From IMG/VR virus record IMGVR_UViG_3300012347_000097, positions 1-40,573 of that record: a stretch of 40,573 bases of DNA, one strand, 5' to 3'. Both the position numbers and the translations under genes were made by a program. The stretch comes from a virus. This document shows, one piece after another, positions 37,918 through 40,573 of this stretch; the first letter of the stretch is position 1; every line of letters starts with the position of its first letter. The notes under the pieces are model-generated. The model searched no databases, was not told the origin of the DNA, and was given only the letters and a program-made list of their open reading frames with translations.

Positions 37918-39140
37918 TGGCTAGAGCACCACAAGATTCTACCAGCGCTGCAGGAACCTCCACTGCTATAACTAAGCAAGCAGCAACAGAGGCTTCAAAT
38001 GCAATCCTAACTGGCAAGGCTATTCCAGAATCAGCAACTACTTCTGGATATGCAGCCGCTCAGGCTGCTGATGCCAAGGCGAAGGCTGACGCGGACGCTA
38101 AGGCTGCTGCAGAGGCGGCTGCTGCCGCTGAGACCGCTGCCCAGATTAAGGCTGCCAAAGATGCTGCTGCGGCTGCTGAGGCTGCTCGCAAGAAGGCTGA
38201 GGATGACCTAGCCGCTGCTAAGGCTGCTAATAATGGAGCGAACTCAGCAAGCAATGCTCTTGCACAGCAGGCTATTGCAGCCCAAACGGCTGCTGCTGCT
38301 CAGAAGGAACTAGAAAAGCAGCAGGCACGTGAGTCTACAATTGCAGTCATGCAGGCACGATTCAAGCAGTACGGCCTTCAAGCACTTGCTACGAAGATTC
38401 AGCAGTTGGCTGTCGAAGGAGCAAACGAAGCAACTATCACGCTTCAACTCCAGGAGACACCAGAGTATCAGCAGCGCTTTAAGGCTAATGCAACTCGTCT
38501 AAAGAACAATCTACAGGTGCTTACACCTGCTGAGTATTTGCAGACAGAGGATACGTACCGTCAGGTGCTTCGTGCGTATGGACTTAAGCAGTTTGATACA
38601 GATGATTACGTAAGCCAATTCTTGGCTAATGACGTATCACCAACAGAACTTTCTAACCGTGTTCAGACCGCCGTACAGCGTGTCCAGAACGCGGACCCTG
38701 CAGTATCTAAGACTCTCCGTGACTACTACGGAATTGGTCAGGCTGATTTAGTTGGGTATGTACTTGACCCAGCAACTAACTATCAGAAGATTCAGAAGCA
38801 AGTTGCAGCAGCAGAAATCGGTACAGCAGCAAGAGTCCAAGGACTTGAGGCTGGAGTATCAGTTGCAGAACAACTTGCAGCACAGGGAATCACAGCAGCA
38901 GAAGCACAGAAGGGTTACGCAACAATTGCGGACATTCTTCCAACTGCAGAGAAACTCAGTTCCATCTATGGCAACATGGAAGGTTACGGACAATCTTCTG
39001 CGGAGCAGGAAGTATTCAACTCTCTAGCATCTGCACAGCGAGCGCGTCAAAGGTTGACTGCTCGTGAAGTCGCACAGTTCAGCGGTTCATCAGGAACGAA
39101 CAGTTCGTCTCTGAGCAACAAGACATCTGGCGCATTTTAA
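37917..39140 (+). CDS. Alanine-rich coiled-coil head-module protein (407 aa)
   Basis: TAATG-coupled. Contains the tract AQAADAKAKADADAKAAAEAAAAAETAAQIKAAKDAAAAAEAARKKAEDDLAAAKAA. Confidence 0.55.
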   Translation: MARAPQDSTSAAGTSTAITKQAATEASNAILTGKAIPESATTSGYAAAQAADAKAKADADAKAAAEAAAAAETAAQIKAAKDAAAAAEAARKKAEDDLAAAKAANNGANSASNALAQQAIAAQTAAAAQKELEKQQARESTIAVMQARFKQYGLQALATKIQQLAVEGANEATITLQLQETPEYQQRFKANATRLKNNLQVLTPAEYLQTEDTYRQVLRAYGLKQFDTDDYVSQFLANDVSPTELSNRVQTAVQRVQNADPAVSKTLRDYYGIGQADLVGYVLDPATNYQKIQKQVAAAEIGTAARVQGLEAGVSVAEQLAAQGITAAEAQKGYATIADILPTAEKLSSIYGNMEGYGQSSAEQEVFNSLASAQRARQRLTAREVAQFSGSSGTNSSSLSNKTSGAF

Positions 39141-39263
39141 TATCCTGACGTGGACCCACCAGCCCCACGCAGCGTAACTAGACTGGTAGCAAGAGCCAGC
39201 CCGATTCCCCGATTGGTCACTGTGGCTTGCGAACTAAAACGAATAGAAGGGTGGACAGTTGCT

Positions 39264-39737
39264 ATGAGCAACAACTACTGGGATGATGAAGACGATAACG
39301 ATGACGTTATCACAGGCAACGAAACAGAAAGCGACCTTCATAAGAAGTTGCGCAAGAAGATTCGTGCAGATGAAAAGCGCATCAAGGAACTCGAGGAAAA
39401 ACTTGGTACTATTACCAAAAGTGACCGCGAGCGAAGCGTCAAAGAATTCCTAGAAAAAGAAGGTGTTAATCCTAAGGCCGCACGCTATATCCTTAAGGAC
39501 ATCGAAGGCGACATCAGCGAAGACGCAATCCGCGACTGGCTTGATGCTGAAAGCGATGTCTGGCAGTCAAGCAAGTCTGAGGGCGCATCTAACGTATCAG
39601 AGGAAGACCGACAGGCACTACGCCAACAGGACCGACTCACAGAAGGTGCATTAACACCTGACCGAGCAAGTGATATCGAAATGAGAATCGACCAGGCACA
39701 GTCCGTCGAAGACCTCGAACGAATCATTTTTTCATAA
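39264..39737 (+). CDS. Scaffolding protein candidate (157 aa)
   Basis: Internal ATG with a GAAGGGTGG RBS. Acidic helical protein (MSNNYWDDEDDNDD...KRIKELEEKL...) directly upstream of the capsid gene. The upstream 38 track codons look non-coding. Confidence 0.55.
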   Translation: MSNNYWDDEDDNDDVITGNETESDLHKKLRKKIRADEKRIKELEEKLGTITKSDRERSVKEFLEKEGVNPKAARYILKDIEGDISEDAIRDWLDAESDVWQSSKSEGASNVSEEDRQALRQQDRLTEGALTPDRASDIEMRIDQAQSVEDLERIIFS

Positions 39738-39777
39738 CCAACCAATCATAGTTTCTAATTCACCTTGGAGGTGACAC

Positions 39778-40573
39778 ATGGCTACACAGTTTACATCAAC
39801 TGATTCTGCTTCCCTCGGCGGAACAGCAGGTAGCGCAGGTCTAGTACAGAAGGCGTACGATAAGTATATCGAATTCGCTCTTCGTGACGAACCACTTATT
39901 CGTTCAGTAGCAGACAAGCGCCCAGTTTCCCCAACCAACAACGGTAACGTAGTTGTTCTCCAGAAGCACGCAGACCTCGCACTTGCGACAACTGCTCTCA
40001 CAGAGACATCTGACATTGACGGCGTTGCAGTTGGAACACCAACATCAGTAACAATCACAATGCAGGAGTTCGGTAACGCTACAACAAACACACGTGCGTT
40101 GAAGTTGTTCTCACTCTCAAACGTTGACCCAGATATCGTTACACTTATGGCACGTAACCAGGCAGATTCAATCGACGCACTTGCTATGACAGCACTTCGC
40201 GGCGGTACAAACGTAATCTACTCAGGTGCTACAGCAACATCTACAGCAACTATCACAGCAGCAGCAACAATCTCTACAGCGAACATCGCTAAGGCAGTTG
40301 CTAAACTTCGTGGTAACAAGGCATCAGGCAAGCGTGGTCAGGAGTACTGGGCTGGAATTCACCCAGACGTTGCTCACGACCTCATGCTTGAGGCAACAGC
40401 CGCAGGCTGGGTTGTTCCAAACGCATACGGTATCTCACAGGACCGTATCTGGGCTGGAGAAGTTGGCCGCTACAAGGGTGCATACTTCATCGAGTCACCA
40501 CGTCTCTACTCAGCAACAGACGGTGCTTCATCTGCAAAGGTGTACCGCACAATCATCGCTGGTAAGCAGGCAC
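39778..40573 (+). CDS. Major capsid protein, 5' portion (open to the window end; continues at 56..213)
   Basis: ATG 6 nt after TGGAGGTG. The frame stays open to the end of the window and is in frame with 22..213 through the 55-bp overlap. Ala/Thr-rich composition typical of capsid proteins. Confidence 0.75.
   Translation, partial: MATQFTSTDSASLGGTAGSAGLVQKAYDKYIEFALRDEPLIRSVADKRPVSPTNNGNVVVLQKHADLALATTALTETSDIDGVAVGTPTSVTITMQEFGNATTNTRALKLFSLSNVDPDIVTLMARNQADSIDALAMTALRGGTNVIYSGATATSTATITAAATISTANIAKAVAKLRGNKASGKRGQEYWAGIHPDVAHDLMLEATAAGWVVPNAYGISQDRIWAGEVGRYKGAYFIESPRLYSATDGASSAKVYRTIIAGKQA
40519..40573. repeat. 55-bp terminal overlap, identical to 1..55
   Basis: Direct comparison of the two ends. 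Confidence 0.95.

Noticed and set aside
39150-39263. The 5' extension of ORF 39150..39737 (MDPPAPRSVTRLVARASP...).
   Set aside because: It has a non-ATG start, a Pro/Arg-rich composition unlike the rest of the genome, and a good RBS plus ATG at 39264. It is treated as intergenic and may hold a promoter for the scaffold and capsid genes.

Overview
The window is a complete tailed dsDNA phage genome assembled as a circle. Its first 55 nt are identical to its last 55 nt, giving a unique length of 40,518 bp, and the linear cut falls inside the major capsid gene. The host is very likely an actinobacterium, based on a WhiB-family gene, a phage sigma factor, TCGAAC-N4-GTTCGA SOS boxes and a leaderless sigma70-type promoter.

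Module map:
- Late block, + strand (26434 to the end, wrapping to 11406): three tRNAs, large terminase, portal, an HslV/proteasome-like Ntn peptidase, a 1609-aa virion protein, scaffold, capsid, three small basic proteins, a glycosyltransferase, tail fibre, two paralogous glycine-rich proteins, a 744-aa tail protein, and a lysis cassette (membrane protein, M15 peptidase, holin-like protein).
- Orphan gene, - strand (11501-11668): one small membrane-protein gene.
- Replication and regulation block, + strand (11830-18716): a Cas4/RecB-type nuclease split by an embedded ORF, a DnaB-like ATPase, a resolvase-like nuclease, a primase broken between two frames, a DUF1599-like protein, HNH, a metallophosphoesterase and a sigma factor. 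I recognised no DNA polymerase.
- Accessory/early block, - strand (18718-25563): lipoprotein, FmdB zinc ribbon, membrane-anchored transglycosylase-like protein, WhiB, and an amidoligase plus class-II-amidotransferase-like pair carrying CxxC arrays. A 17-bp palindrome occurs seven times across this block.
- Non-coding control region (25564-26433, about 870 bp): three LexA-type boxes, an 11-bp-phased CTGAGA iteron array and several hairpins.

I recognised no integrase, repressor or CRISPR array. All calls come from reading the sequence and recalling motifs; no database search was run.
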